43,842 nucleotides of DNA from a virus (IMGVR_UViG_3300047313_000026:1-43842); one strand, 5' to 3'. Counted from the stretch's first letter, positions 32,601 through 42,439 are shown. The notes: generated from the sequence alone by a model not told the origin. Numbers and translations are program-made.

Positions 32601-33007
32601 AGTCCATCCCCGCCATCGTCGAGCCGCGCGACTGGACGGACTCCGGCATTGAGCTGGGCATTCCGCAGATCGCGTACGGAGGGTACGTCAATGCGGACTG
32701 GCCGAGCGAGGTCGTGCGAACGCACCGCGTGTACTTCGTGAGGGCCGGCGAGCCCGACGAGAATGACTACGCACCGGTCAAGATCGGATTCACCACCAAT
32801 GTCGAGGAGCGGATGCGCCAATTGCAGACCGCCTGCCCGTCGAGGCTCACCGTTCTCGAGCTCGTGATCGGAACGCAGGTCATCGAGGCGTTCTTCCACC
32901 GGCTACTGCGCAAGCGGCGCATCCACGGCGAGTGGTACACGCTGAGCACCGACGACATCTCGTACGCGCACGCGCGACTCTGGGAAGAAGGGCTGTCCTG
33001 GTGGTGA
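32597..33007 (+). CDS. GIY-YIG (T5orf172/MUG113-like) nuclease domain protein
   Basis: VYFV...VKIGFT..VEERM.QLQTA.P...E..FH...RIHGEWY. Confidence 0.85.
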   Translation: MKSIPAIVEPRDWTDSGIELGIPQIAYGGYVNADWPSEVVRTHRVYFVRAGEPDENDYAPVKIGFTTNVEERMRQLQTACPSRLTVLELVIGTQVIEAFFHRLLRKRRIHGEWYTLSTDDISYAHARLWEEGLSWW

Positions 33008-34149
33008 AACCGATCGCAGCCATCGTCGAGGGGCAGCACCAGCAGACGCTCGCCGCGGTGCGCGCGCGACACAGCGAGCTGCGCGAGGCCGAAGTGCAGA
33101 TCGGGAAGATCGGCAAGCGCCTCGAGGCGGCGCAGGGTGCGGCTGAGATGCGACGGCTCGAGCTTGGCAAGGCGCTGGTCGCGGCGCGTGAGCTATGGCC
33201 GAGCTCGCGCGCGATGATGGGCGGCGCGCGCGGCCCGGGCGGCGTGACATGGCTCGAGTGGCTTGCGAGCGAAGGCATCGCCGAGTCGACGGCCGACCGC
33301 TACATGAAATCGGCCGGTTGGACCCCAAGCCTCACCACGGTGACGGAGCCCGATACCCAACCTCGCGAAACACCGACGGCGCTACACGTCGTCCGACCGC
33401 CGGACGGGCCCGACTTCGACCCCGTGCCCCAGCCGCGCGCCGCGCTACCTCGCCCCGGCTTCGAGCTGCGGCTCGGCGACTGGCACTCCGTGCTGATCGA
33501 CGCCGGCATGGTCGACGTGCTGATCACCGACCACCCGTACGGCGCGCGGACGCACAGCTCGGTGCGCGAGGGCGTGCGCGAGGACGGCTACGCGATCGAG
33601 GGCCTGGCGCCCGAGTACACGCACTGGACCGCGGCCGACGTCATGCACTTCGCGCAGCACTGGTCGCCGCGCACCCGCGGATGGATGGTCGCGCTGTGCT
33701 CGCATGACCTGATCCCGGCGTGGGAGACGGCGTACGAGGCGGTCGGTCGCTATGGCTTCGCGCCCGTGCCGTGCGTGATCAACGGGATGTCCGTGCGGCT
33801 CGGCGGCGACGGCCCGTCGAGCTGGACGGTCTACGCGATGGTTGGCCGCCCGCGCACCGGAGAGTTCTCGCGCTGGGGCACGCTGCCCGGCGCGTACACC
33901 GGCGGACGCGAGCCCGGATCCGAGGGTGGACGCGGCAAGCCCAGCTGGCTGATGCGCGCGATCGTCGGCCACTACTCGCGGTCCGGTGACCTGGTCTGCG
34001 ATCCGCTGGCCGGCTACGGCGCAACCCTGATCGCGGCGCTCGACGAGGGCCGGCGCTGCATCGGCGCCGAGATCGACCACGCAGCATTCGACGAAGCACA
34101 CCGCCGCGCGGCTCGCCCGCGCGCAACCGACGACACCAGCAGTACCTGA
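33004..34149 (+). CDS. Beta-class DNA methyltransferase with N-terminal DUF3102-like domain (381 aa)
   Basis: GDW...VDVLITDHPY (motif IV variant), KP..LM..IV..YS..GDLVCDPLAGYGATL (motif I), IGAEID. Confidence 0.8.
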   Translation: MKPIAAIVEGQHQQTLAAVRARHSELREAEVQIGKIGKRLEAAQGAAEMRRLELGKALVAARELWPSSRAMMGGARGPGGVTWLEWLASEGIAESTADRYMKSAGWTPSLTTVTEPDTQPRETPTALHVVRPPDGPDFDPVPQPRAALPRPGFELRLGDWHSVLIDAGMVDVLITDHPYGARTHSSVREGVREDGYAIEGLAPEYTHWTAADVMHFAQHWSPRTRGWMVALCSHDLIPAWETAYEAVGRYGFAPVPCVINGMSVRLGGDGPSSWTVYAMVGRPRTGEFSRWGTLPGAYTGGREPGSEGGRGKPSWLMRAIVGHYSRSGDLVCDPLAGYGATLIAALDEGRRCIGAEIDHAAFDEAHRRAARPRATDDTSST

Positions 34150-34170
34150 CCCACGAAAGGAACCGTCACC

Positions 34171-34470
34171 ATGGCAAAAGCAGAACAGGCCGGGCTACCC
34201 GGCATCCCGCAAGCGCCGAAGCGCAAGGTCATCGAGGCCCTCGAGGATCTCTGCATCAAGCGCGACAAGCTCGCTGGCAAGCGCACCGCGATCAGCGACC
34301 AAGTCGCCGGGATGGGCGCCGAGATCCAGGCGAAGCTCGTCGAGCTCAAGCTCGAGCTCTACACGTACGAGGACGACAACGGCGTCCTACAGGACGTGTT
34401 CGCCGAGGCGAAGCTCAAGAAGCACAAGAGCAAGCTCAATCCGAAGAAGGCGAAGAAGGAAGACGAGTAG
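34171..34470 (+). CDS. Hypothetical Lys-rich protein (99 aa)
   Basis: RBS AAAGGA; strong codon bias. Confidence 0.7.
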   Translation: MAKAEQAGLPGIPQAPKRKVIEALEDLCIKRDKLAGKRTAISDQVAGMGAEIQAKLVELKLELYTYEDDNGVLQDVFAEAKLKKHKSKLNPKKAKKEDE

Positions 34471-34471
34471 C

Positions 34472-34672
34472 ATGCCGGAGCGCCGCTTCATCGAGGCCGG
34501 CTCGCTGCCCTCGTCGATGCACCGCGAGCGAGCCGACGCCGATCGCCCGCGCCTTCGCTGCCGCAACACCATCGAGCTCGACGGCATGGTGTATCGCTGC
34601 TGGCGCGAGCACGTCGACGGGATTCACGATGCATTCGCGACGCATGATGACGGCGGGCTGGTGCGCTGGTGA
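34472..34672 (+). CDS. Hypothetical protein (66 aa, C..C..H..H)
   Basis: Operon tiling. Confidence 0.55.
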   Translation: MPERRFIEAGSLPSSMHRERADADRPRLRCRNTIELDGMVYRCWREHVDGIHDAFATHDDGGLVRW

Positions 34673-35208
34673 TTCGACGCGACGAGAGCGGCTGGGCGTC
34701 AGGTGCCGGCGAGCCGTATCCGATGCCGGACGATGCGCCGGGCGCCGTGGTCGCGTGCTGCGCTCGCTACGTGCACGGCGACGGAACGCACGACCTCGAC
34801 TGCTCGACGCTCGCGCCCGCGCGCAAGCCCAAGCGCAAGAAGTCGACGAGTCCGACGGCGCGCACGCTCGCTGAATGCCGCAAGCGAGGGCTCATCGCCC
34901 AGGTCGTGGAGAAGTGGAACCCGCACGCCCGCATCCGTCAGGACCTGTTCGGTGTGATCGATCTGCTGGCGATCTTGCCGCCCAGCAACCTAGGTCCCGG
35001 ATCGATCCTCGGAATCCAAGCCTGCGCTGGCGGCGATCACGCCACGCGGCGCGACAAGATCTTGGCCGAGCCGCGCGCCGCTGCCTGGATTCGAAGTGGC
35101 GGCCGGCTCGAGCTGTGGTCCTGGAGCAAGCGTGGCGACCGCGGCGCGCGCAAGCTGTGGACGCTGCGGGTCGAGGCGTTCACGGCCGAGAGCTGGAGCG
35201 CCGCATGA
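34669..35208 (+). CDS. PD-(D/E)XK-type endonuclease / Holliday junction resolvase-like
   Basis: SPTART...VVEKWNPHARIRQDLFGVIDLLAI...GIQ. Confidence 0.72.
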   Translation: MIRRDESGWASGAGEPYPMPDDAPGAVVACCARYVHGDGTHDLDCSTLAPARKPKRKKSTSPTARTLAECRKRGLIAQVVEKWNPHARIRQDLFGVIDLLAILPPSNLGPGSILGIQACAGGDHATRRDKILAEPRAAAWIRSGGRLELWSWSKRGDRGARKLWTLRVEAFTAESWSAA

Positions 35209-35483
35209 GCAGCATGCGCTGCCAAGAGCCAGGCTGGCGCCGCATCGGTCGCATCGACGCACCCGAGCGTCGCTCGCTGTGGATCCGCGAGTCGCGCGAC
35301 GTCATCGAGCTCTGTGCCGGCCGCGAGGGCGACGATGCATACGTGCGAATCACGCCCGACAATCCGCAGTGGCACGACCTCAGCGACGTGCTGTCCCGCG
35401 CGCGGTTCGCAGCGGAGTACGAGGACGATGACGGGCTGACCTTGGAGCGTGAGGCGATGATTCGCGGCGAGGCGGTCGAGTGA
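35205..35483 (+). CDS. Hypothetical protein (92 aa)
   Basis: RBS GGAG, coupled both ends. Confidence 0.55.
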   Translation: MSSMRCQEPGWRRIGRIDAPERRSLWIRESRDVIELCAGREGDDAYVRITPDNPQWHDLSDVLSRARFAAEYEDDDGLTLEREAMIRGEAVE

Positions 35484-35839
35484 GCACCGAGCGCGACCCA
35501 GTGTTCGGGTGCGAGCTGGTCACGAGCCGGCTCGACAAGGACGGGTACGGCTTCCATGGGAAGAGCCGCGCACACATCGTCGCGTGGGAGCGGGGGCGCG
35601 GGCCGATCGCGGATGGCCTCGAGCTCGACCACCTGTGCCGGCGCCGTGCATGCGTCGCGCTCCACCACCTCGAGCTCGTCACGCGATCGGAGAACGAGCT
35701 CCGCAAGAGCTGGAGGTACCGCGCGAGGCGAGTGCTATGCCCGCGTGGTCACGCGCTCGCCGATCACGGCGTTGTTACACCAACCGGCGGCCGCGTCTGT
35801 CGCCAGTGCAATCGAGACGCAGAAGCGAGCGGCACATGA
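35480..35839 (+). CDS. HNH endonuclease (HNH_3-like) with C-terminal Zn motif
   Basis: DGYG...AH..AWE..RGPI..GLELDHLC..RACV..HHLE.VT..EN; CPRGH...CRQC. Confidence 0.88.
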   Translation: MSTERDPVFGCELVTSRLDKDGYGFHGKSRAHIVAWERGRGPIADGLELDHLCRRRACVALHHLELVTRSENELRKSWRYRARRVLCPRGHALADHGVVTPTGGRVCRQCNRDAEASGT

Positions 35840-36255
35840 ACAAGCTCACGTCGGACCAAGTCGCGTTCATCGAAGCGCAGGCCAAGGCGATCCGCAACCA
35901 GGGCGCGAAGGGCCCGCCGATGACGGCGCGAGCCGCCATGCAGCACCTCGCGCGCAATGCAGCCGATGGGACTGTTCGCGCTCTCGCACGCGCTCGGATC
36001 AGACAGGGCGAGCCGGTGCTGAGCGTCGGGCGACGGTTCGAGCGCGCGAATCCCGAGGCGGTCGGCCCGCGCTACGGCGACAAGCTCGCGAGGCGCATCG
36101 AGCGGCGTCGAGCGATCCGCGCGGCGAGCTACATCGAGCGCGTGATCGACAGGGTCCGCAAACGGAACGCCGACACGCGCGCGATGGCGTCGAACAGTCA
36201 CGAAGCCCGTCGCGTGATTGACGAGGATCGCAGGCTCGAGCGAGCGAAGCGCTGA
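35836..36255 (+). CDS. Hypothetical Arg-rich protein (139 aa)
   Basis: ATGA coupling. Confidence 0.55.
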   Translation: MNKLTSDQVAFIEAQAKAIRNQGAKGPPMTARAAMQHLARNAADGTVRALARARIRQGEPVLSVGRRFERANPEAVGPRYGDKLARRIERRRAIRAASYIERVIDRVRKRNADTRAMASNSHEARRVIDEDRRLERAKR

Positions 36256-36269
36256 GGATCGGAGGCATC

Positions 36270-36428
36270 GTGTCGAGCACCCAGATCTCAATCCGCATGC
36301 CAGAAGCCGTCAAGCGCGTGGCGTACACAACGATCCCAGTTCGAGCTGGAGCAGGAGCATGGGGAGGGCCTCCCCCTTTCGGGGTGCCGGGGTCTCGGGC
36401 GTGCGCAGCTGATCGCGAGATTTCATGA
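36270..36428 (+). CDS. Possible 52-aa ORF with ribbon-helix-helix-like start (MSSTQISIRMPEAVKR)
   Basis: GGAGG before GTG; stop overlaps ATG 36425; not in ORF track. Confidence 0.35.
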   Translation: MSSTQISIRMPEAVKRVAYTTIPVRAGAGAWGGPPPFGVPGSRACAADREIS

Positions 36429-36787
36429 CGAAACGCTATAAAAAGACCGCTGTAGAGACGAAACCGACCATCGAGAGCGTCCTGGACGACTCGATCGCGA
36501 CGCTCGAGCTCGGTTTGCGCCACCTCCGCGCCGAAATCGGCCTGATCGCGGCCGGTAAGGCGAAGAAATCGAAGTACGACCCCGCCTCCCGGATCGCCTT
36601 CCTCTCTGGCGGCGTCGGCCGCATCGTCGATTCGCTGCGGAAGATCGAATCCGCGCGCGCCAAGCGCTTCGACGAACTCACCCAGGCGCTCGTGATGGCC
36701 TGGCTACGTCAGCTCGACTCCACCGAGCGCATCAACTTCCTTCGCGAGGCGTCGCAGATCGACGCCAGAAAGAGCGGCCTCGCATGA
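36425..36787 (+). CDS. Helical protein (120 aa), candidate terminase small subunit
   Basis: First gene of block leading to terL, preceded by dyad-rich gap; no motif proof. Confidence 0.4.
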   Translation: MTKRYKKTAVETKPTIESVLDDSIATLELGLRHLRAEIGLIAAGKAKKSKYDPASRIAFLSGGVGRIVDSLRKIESARAKRFDELTQALVMAWLRQLDSTERINFLREASQIDARKSGLA

Positions 36788-37182
36788 CCTACAAGCTCAC
36801 CATCCGCACATCGCCTGGCGCCCTGATCGCCGCTGAGTACGAGTGTCCGTTGCACGGACGGTTCGCGCGCGACGTGCCGCGCCTGGAGAACGGCGACCCG
36901 CCCGAGCAGGTCGCGTGCGGCGCGCCGGTATCGCTCGGCCCGGGTCGGGCCACATGGCGCTGCGGCAAGGTGTCGCCGCATGTCATCTCCGCGTCCGGCA
37001 TCGCCCGCGTCCGCAAGGTCGAAGCTCACCGCGGCGGCTACCAGAGGCCCGAGTTCGAGACCTGGACCAACACCGAGAACCTCGGCGAGGGGCAGGACCT
37101 CGACGACTGGAAAGACGATCGCGCCAAGGTGTGGGAGCGCGAGCGCGAGCGCCAGGCGATGGAGATGGCCCGTGAGCTCTAG
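36784..37182 (+). CDS. FmdB-like zinc-ribbon protein
   Basis: EYECPLHGRF...C...CG....VIS. Confidence 0.55.
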   Translation: MTYKLTIRTSPGALIAAEYECPLHGRFARDVPRLENGDPPEQVACGAPVSLGPGRATWRCGKVSPHVISASGIARVRKVEAHRGGYQRPEFETWTNTENLGEGQDLDDWKDDRAKVWERERERQAMEMAREL

Positions 37183-37786
37183 CCCGAAACTGGTCGGTCG
37201 CGCTGTTCGTCGCTCCGGCGCGACGCTGTGGCTCGACGCGCTCTGTGTTAACGGCGAGCATGACCTCAGGAAGGGCGATGTCCTCGCGGCGTCCCACATG
37301 AACGACGGCGCTCCGCCGCTGCGCAACGGTCGGCTCGTGGTCGCCGCCGTCTATCGGGATGGCCACATCGACGCCACGTCACTGGACGCGATCGCGGGGT
37401 TCGTGGTCGACCCGGCATACGGTGACTGGCTCTATCTCGTCGATGAACCTTCCGTCGAGTCGCGCATCGCGGATCTCGCGCGCCAGATCCACGCGATCGG
37501 CGGGACCCCCGGCGCGCTACCGCTCGGCCAGTCGTTCGCGCTCAACGGCAGCTGGCGCGTCTACTTCAACCGCCACGGCGCCGCCGACAGACCATGGTGC
37601 GTCGCGCCTGATGCCGGCGGGTGGGAGGTGGCGGTCACCAGCGTCGGAATCTTCGGCACCGCGGTCACCGCCTACTTCCCGAAGGCCACGCCCGACGACG
37701 AGGACGGCCGGCCGAGCGCATGGATTGCCGTCGACGGACACCTCACCGTGCGCGACAGCGGGCACGCGTCGATAGAGGCGCGATGA
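37172..37786 (+). CDS. Hypothetical protein (204 aa)
   Basis: RBS GGAG before GTG 37172; coupled to GNAT gene. Confidence 0.55.
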   Translation: MSSSPKLVGRAVRRSGATLWLDALCVNGEHDLRKGDVLAASHMNDGAPPLRNGRLVVAAVYRDGHIDATSLDAIAGFVVDPAYGDWLYLVDEPSVESRIADLARQIHAIGGTPGALPLGQSFALNGSWRVYFNRHGAADRPWCVAPDAGGWEVAVTSVGIFGTAVTAYFPKATPDDEDGRPSAWIAVDGHLTVRDSGHASIEAR

Positions 37787-38238
37787 CCGCCTACCGCGAG
37801 GCGCTCCCCGCTGACCTGCCCTTCGCGATCGGCACCTGGTCGAGCAACTACAAGAACTCGCACTACGCGGGCATCGTCCAGACCGAGGACTGGCCCGACG
37901 TCATGCACGCGGCGATCGGGAAGATCCTGGCGCGGCCGACTACCCGCACGATCGTCGCGTTCGAACCGCCGGCCTTCCTCTACGGCTTCATCGCCGGCGA
38001 GCTCGCCGATACGATGCCGGTCGTGCACTGGATCTACGTCAAGAGCCCGTATCGCAAGGCCGGCATCGCACGCGGGCTGTTCGCAGCGCTCGGCGTCGAC
38101 CCGGCCCGCGAGTTCCTCTACACGTGCCGGACGATCGCGTGTGTCCGGCTCGCGGACAAAATCCCGCTGGCCAGGTTCACCCCGGGCGCGGCACGATACG
38201 CGAACTACCTCGAGCACAGGAGCGACTATGGCCGATGA
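37783..38238 (+). CDS. GNAT-family acetyltransferase (151 aa)
   Basis: YREALPAD...HWIYVKSPYRKAGIARGL acetyl-CoA motif A. Confidence 0.82.
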   Translation: MTAYREALPADLPFAIGTWSSNYKNSHYAGIVQTEDWPDVMHAAIGKILARPTTRTIVAFEPPAFLYGFIAGELADTMPVVHWIYVKSPYRKAGIARGLFAALGVDPAREFLYTCRTIACVRLADKIPLARFTPGAARYANYLEHRSDYGR

Positions 38239-38521
38239 ACAACGCAAGAATCCCCAGCCCGCGGCGCGCCCCGCCGGGCCCGAGCCCATCCACGTGCGCG
38301 AGCTGCGGGCCCGGCGCGAGGACGATCGCATCCCGGCGCCCGGGCGCTCGAACATCCTCCAGGCCGGGCGCCGGCAGAGCGGTGACACGATCCTGATCCA
38401 GTACGAGCCCTGGCAGCGACACCACCGCGTGCGCGAGATCGGCGAGGACGGCAAGGTCAAGACGGAGGTCTGCATCCCGGAGGGCTGGGTCGCGTACACG
38501 CCGGCCGCCGACGAGGCCTGA
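38228..38521 (+). CDS. Hypothetical protein (97 aa)
   Basis: RBS AGGAG; stop overlaps terL ATG. Confidence 0.6.
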   Translation: MADEQRKNPQPAARPAGPEPIHVRELRARREDDRIPAPGRSNILQAGRRQSGDTILIQYEPWQRHHRVREIGEDGKVKTEVCIPEGWVAYTPAADEA

Positions 38522-40194
38522 TGCCAAGGCGACCGCGCGGCGCGCCGCACTCCAAGGTGAGGGCCGAGCGGCGCGTGCTGTCGCCTGACGAGCTCTGGGC
38601 CGGTGGGATCCGCGAGCGCATCATTGGCGATTCCCACCCGTTCCAGGGTGACGCGCTCGTCGATCCATCGCGCCGCGTCGCCATTCTCGGCGGCCGCGGC
38701 GGCGCTAAGACGACGACGCTGCGCGGCCGCGCCGCCTTGAAGGTCACGTCGATCCGCAAGGCCGAGATCCTGTACTTCGCCCGGACCGACGAGCACGCCA
38801 AGAAGCTCTACTGGGACAAGTTGCAGGAGATGAACGAGCACTACCAGCTCGAGCTCCGCTTCAAGGAGAGCGACCAGACGGCGACCTGCCGTCGCACCGG
38901 TGGCGTCATCACGATCAAGGGGATGAACACCGACGCGGACATCGAGGTCCACCGCGGCTACCCGTTCAACGAGGTCCAGGTCGACGAGGGCGCGCTGCAT
39001 CCGCCGGAGCGGGTCGCGAAGCTGTTCTATCAGATCGTCGGCCCGCGCCTCGGCGAGCGACAGGGCTGCATCGTGATCGCCGGCTCCGCAGGCTTCGACC
39101 TGAAGGGCGACTTCTACCTCGCCACACACCCGGGCTCGGCGAAGCACGCGCCGTACGCCGATCGCGACAAGCCGGGCTTCGAGCGCAAGCTGTGGTCCTC
39201 GCACTATTGGACCGCGAAGATGGTCTACGAGCTGCCGAACGCGCGGAAGCTCTACCCGGCGATCGTCGCGAACTGGGAGGAAGCGCTCGTCGAAAAGCAC
39301 GAGAACCAGTGGTCGGACGACAACCCGATCTGGCTCCGCGAGTACCTGGCGCAGTGGGCCGCCGACGATACGAACATGGTGTTCCACTACCGAGCCGAGG
39401 TGGGCGGCCTGCCGTGGAACCAGTGGGACCCGTTCGACGGCAAGAAGATCGAGGGCGTTCAGGGGCTTGAGATCGCGATCGCCAAGCTCCGCGCGATGGG
39501 CTTCACCGACCTGCGCTTCGTCTACAGCGGAGACATGGGGACGGCGCTCCCTTACGCGCTGAACATCTTCGCGTTCTCACCGCGCGACCCCAAGCGCGGC
39601 ATCTGGCACGTGATGTTCTTCGAGCGCACGGGCATGCACGCGCGGCCGATCGCCGAGCTCCACCTCGGGGTCGAGGCGACGGAGCGCGCCTTCCTGCACC
39701 AGCAAGCCGAGCCGCTCGGCGGGGCGATGGGGATCACCGGGTGGCCCGACGGCCAAGTGATGGACACCGACCTCGCCACGCTCGGCGAGCTCACGAACAC
39801 GTACGGCATCCCGTACAAGAAGGCGGAGAAGAATCCGCACTACAAGAAGGGCGCGATCGAGCTGGTGAACGGCAACCTGATCGATGGCCGCATCCACGCG
39901 ATCAGGGGCTCGCCACTCGAGGGCCAGCTCACCTCGCTGCAGTGGCGCGAGAACCGCTTTGGTCACGTCGAAGAAGATCAGCGCCAGCCATCACATAGCT
40001 CCGATACCCTGGTGTACGGCAACCAGGCGATCGCGGGCCTCTTCGAGAGCGGGGCTGTGGCGCAGGAAACCTCGCCAAGTCCGGGCGCCGGACAGACCGT
40101 CCGCCGCCCGGACGCACCTGCCGATCCCGGCCCCGCCGGCGGATCCGCATTGACGGTCTCGAATCGCTATGTCGATCCTTGGGGCAACCTGTGA
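38521..40194 (+). CDS. terL: Terminase large subunit (557 aa)
   Basis: Walker A GGRGGAKTT, RGY...VQVDEG Walker B, REYLAQW, nuclease GDMG and HSSDTLVY. Confidence 0.92.
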   Translation: MPRRPRGAPHSKVRAERRVLSPDELWAGGIRERIIGDSHPFQGDALVDPSRRVAILGGRGGAKTTTLRGRAALKVTSIRKAEILYFARTDEHAKKLYWDKLQEMNEHYQLELRFKESDQTATCRRTGGVITIKGMNTDADIEVHRGYPFNEVQVDEGALHPPERVAKLFYQIVGPRLGERQGCIVIAGSAGFDLKGDFYLATHPGSAKHAPYADRDKPGFERKLWSSHYWTAKMVYELPNARKLYPAIVANWEEALVEKHENQWSDDNPIWLREYLAQWAADDTNMVFHYRAEVGGLPWNQWDPFDGKKIEGVQGLEIAIAKLRAMGFTDLRFVYSGDMGTALPYALNIFAFSPRDPKRGIWHVMFFERTGMHARPIAELHLGVEATERAFLHQQAEPLGGAMGITGWPDGQVMDTDLATLGELTNTYGIPYKKAEKNPHYKKGAIELVNGNLIDGRIHAIRGSPLEGQLTSLQWRENRFGHVEEDQRQPSHSSDTLVYGNQAIAGLFESGAVAQETSPSPGAGQTVRRPDAPADPGPAGGSALTVSNRYVDPWGNL

Positions 40195-40469
40195 CCGCCA
40201 AGGATGCCGCAGAGCTACTCGACGTGATCGCGAATCGCGCCAAGGGACTGCGCGATCTCGGGCTGCGGCGGGTTGAGCTCGGCGGCGGGGTCGCCTTCAC
40301 GCTGGCCGAGCCCGAGCCCGCAGGCGCGGGCGGCGGCGCAGCCCCGCCCGATGACGAAGCGCCGCGCGACGCGCTCGAGGATCCCGAGACATTCGGCATC
40401 CGCGGACCCGAGGCGCCGCGCCGCGTGCCCCGCCGGGCCCGAACCCCGTTGATGGAGCCCGGCTCGTGA
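40191..40469 (+). CDS. Small protein between terL and portal (92 aa)
   Basis: GTGA-coupled both ends; LRDLGLRRVEL motif. Confidence 0.62.
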   Translation: MTAKDAAELLDVIANRAKGLRDLGLRRVELGGGVAFTLAEPEPAGAGGGAAPPDDEAPRDALEDPETFGIRGPEAPRRVPRRARTPLMEPGS

Positions 40470-42391
40470 TCGACGCGAGCCTCTGGTACGAGGCCGACGA
40501 GGACGTGCACAAGCACGTGTTCAACTTCGTGTCCCGCGTCGAGCAAGAGCAGGGCGGTATCTACGACCGGCTACTCACCCTCGAGAGCCTCTACGACAAG
40601 CACTCGCCCGACGGCAGCCTCGCCGGCGACCCGCGCGGCGCCGCCGACATGCTGAACGACATGGCGGAGAACGTCGTGGCGTCCAACGTGGACACCACGT
40701 ACGCCGCGGTCGCGACGGCCGAGATCCGCGCGCGCTTCCTGACCAACGACGCCGATTGGTCGACGCAGCGCCGCGCGAAGAAGATGGAGCTCTACTCCGA
40801 GGGCCTCGGCAAGCAGCTCGAGCTCCACCGGAAGTGTCGCCTGGCGTTCAAGGAGGCGGCCAAGAAGGGCGTTGGCCTCGCGAAGGTCTACGCCGACCGC
40901 TGGGATGAGGTCACGGTCGAGCACGTCGCGATCGAGGATGTCGTGGTGCCGGACGAGGACAGCCGGAGCGGTGCGCCGCCGCTCCAGCTCCACCACGTGC
41001 AGCGCCACTATGACCGCGCGCGGCTCAAGGCCGAGTACCCCGAGGCCGCCGACGACATCGACCACACGTTCTCGGGCTCGATGCTCTCGACCGACGTGCG
41101 CTCCGAGCCTTCGGCCGGGCAGTGGGTCAAGACGAAGATCGTCGTGATCGAGTCGATCCGGCTACCGATCGGCAAGCGGCCGCCGGCGCCGAAGAAGGGC
41201 GAAAAGGTCAAGAAGGCGAACCGCCACGGCGCGCGCTACGTGCCCGGCCGCCGGACGATCACGATCGCGAACCGGACGCTCCTCGACGAGCCCTACCACA
41301 AGCCCTACTACCCGTTCGCGACGATCGCCTGGTCGGATCGCAAGGGCAGCTTCTACGCGATCAGCGGCGCCGAGCGCATCGCCGGCATCCAGCGCGCGCT
41401 CAACAAGCGCAACTGGACGATCGAGCGGATGCTCCAGCAGAACGCTCACGTCACGACGTGGGTGCGGCCGGCCGACTTCGGCGCGCAGGGCAAGATGAAC
41501 GACACGGGCAACTGGGTGCCGATCAAGGGCGAGTACCCCAAGACCGAGACGCCGCCGGCGGTGCACCCGCAGCTCCTCAACAGCCGGGCCGACCTCAAGC
41601 AGTCGGCCTTCGAGGAGTTCGGCCAGAACCAGGCCGCGAGCCACGGCTCGATCCCCGCCGGCCTCGAGACCGGCGCCGCGGTGCGCGAGGCGGTGCAGGC
41701 GCGGACCCAGCGCTTTGCCCCGCAAGAGGCCGACTTCGAGCGCTTGGTGCTCGACGCGGTCTGGCTCTTGATCGACGCCTGCAAGGACCTCGGCGACGCC
41801 GCGCCCGAGGTGATCGAGAGCCGGTGGAAGAAGCCGATCAAGTGGGGCGAGGTCGACATGGGCCAGGTGAAGATCCAGATCGAGGCCGCGTCGACGCTGC
41901 CGCGCTCCGCCGCCGGCCGCGAGCAGACGATCCTCGAATGGGCGCAGGCCGGCGTCATCTCGACCGACAGCTTCCGGCGCCTGTCCGAGCACCCCGACCT
42001 CGAGCGCGAACTCAGCATGTACACGGGCGCCCTGGACTCGATCGATCAGCAGATCGAGGTCATCCTGGACGGGGGGATCTCCACCCCCGAGCCGTTCGAC
42101 AACCTGAAGATGATCGAGTGGCGCGCGACCGCGACGTTCCACAACGTGCGGATCGCCGGCGCGCCCGAGCAGGTGCTCGAGAACCTGCGCGACTACATCT
42201 CGCAGGCCGCGTGGATCTCCTCGCAACAACAGGCACAAAACGAGAATGCAATGGCCGGCGCGCAGCCGGGCATGATGCCGGGCGCGGTGCCGCCGGCGCA
42301 GGGCGATATCAACGGTCCGCCGGCCGGACAGCCGCCCGCGGCCGCGCTGTCCAACCAGGCGATGCAGCTCCGGCCGTCCGCCGCGGCATGA
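40466..42391 (+). CDS. Portal protein (641 aa)
   Basis: After terL; NVVASNVDT, YPFA...FYAISGAE.I.GIQ..LN, GLETGAAV, Gln/Pro/Met-rich tail of P22-like portals. Confidence 0.85.
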   Translation: MIDASLWYEADEDVHKHVFNFVSRVEQEQGGIYDRLLTLESLYDKHSPDGSLAGDPRGAADMLNDMAENVVASNVDTTYAAVATAEIRARFLTNDADWSTQRRAKKMELYSEGLGKQLELHRKCRLAFKEAAKKGVGLAKVYADRWDEVTVEHVAIEDVVVPDEDSRSGAPPLQLHHVQRHYDRARLKAEYPEAADDIDHTFSGSMLSTDVRSEPSAGQWVKTKIVVIESIRLPIGKRPPAPKKGEKVKKANRHGARYVPGRRTITIANRTLLDEPYHKPYYPFATIAWSDRKGSFYAISGAERIAGIQRALNKRNWTIERMLQQNAHVTTWVRPADFGAQGKMNDTGNWVPIKGEYPKTETPPAVHPQLLNSRADLKQSAFEEFGQNQAASHGSIPAGLETGAAVREAVQARTQRFAPQEADFERLVLDAVWLLIDACKDLGDAAPEVIESRWKKPIKWGEVDMGQVKIQIEAASTLPRSAAGREQTILEWAQAGVISTDSFRRLSEHPDLERELSMYTGALDSIDQQIEVILDGGISTPEPFDNLKMIEWRATATFHNVRIAGAPEQVLENLRDYISQAAWISSQQQAQNENAMAGAQPGMMPGAVPPAQGDINGPPAGQPPAAALSNQAMQLRPSAAA

Positions 42392-42439
42392 AACGTGACG
42401 CTGGCGCACGTCACACGGCTCGTGTAATCGTTTGTCCGC

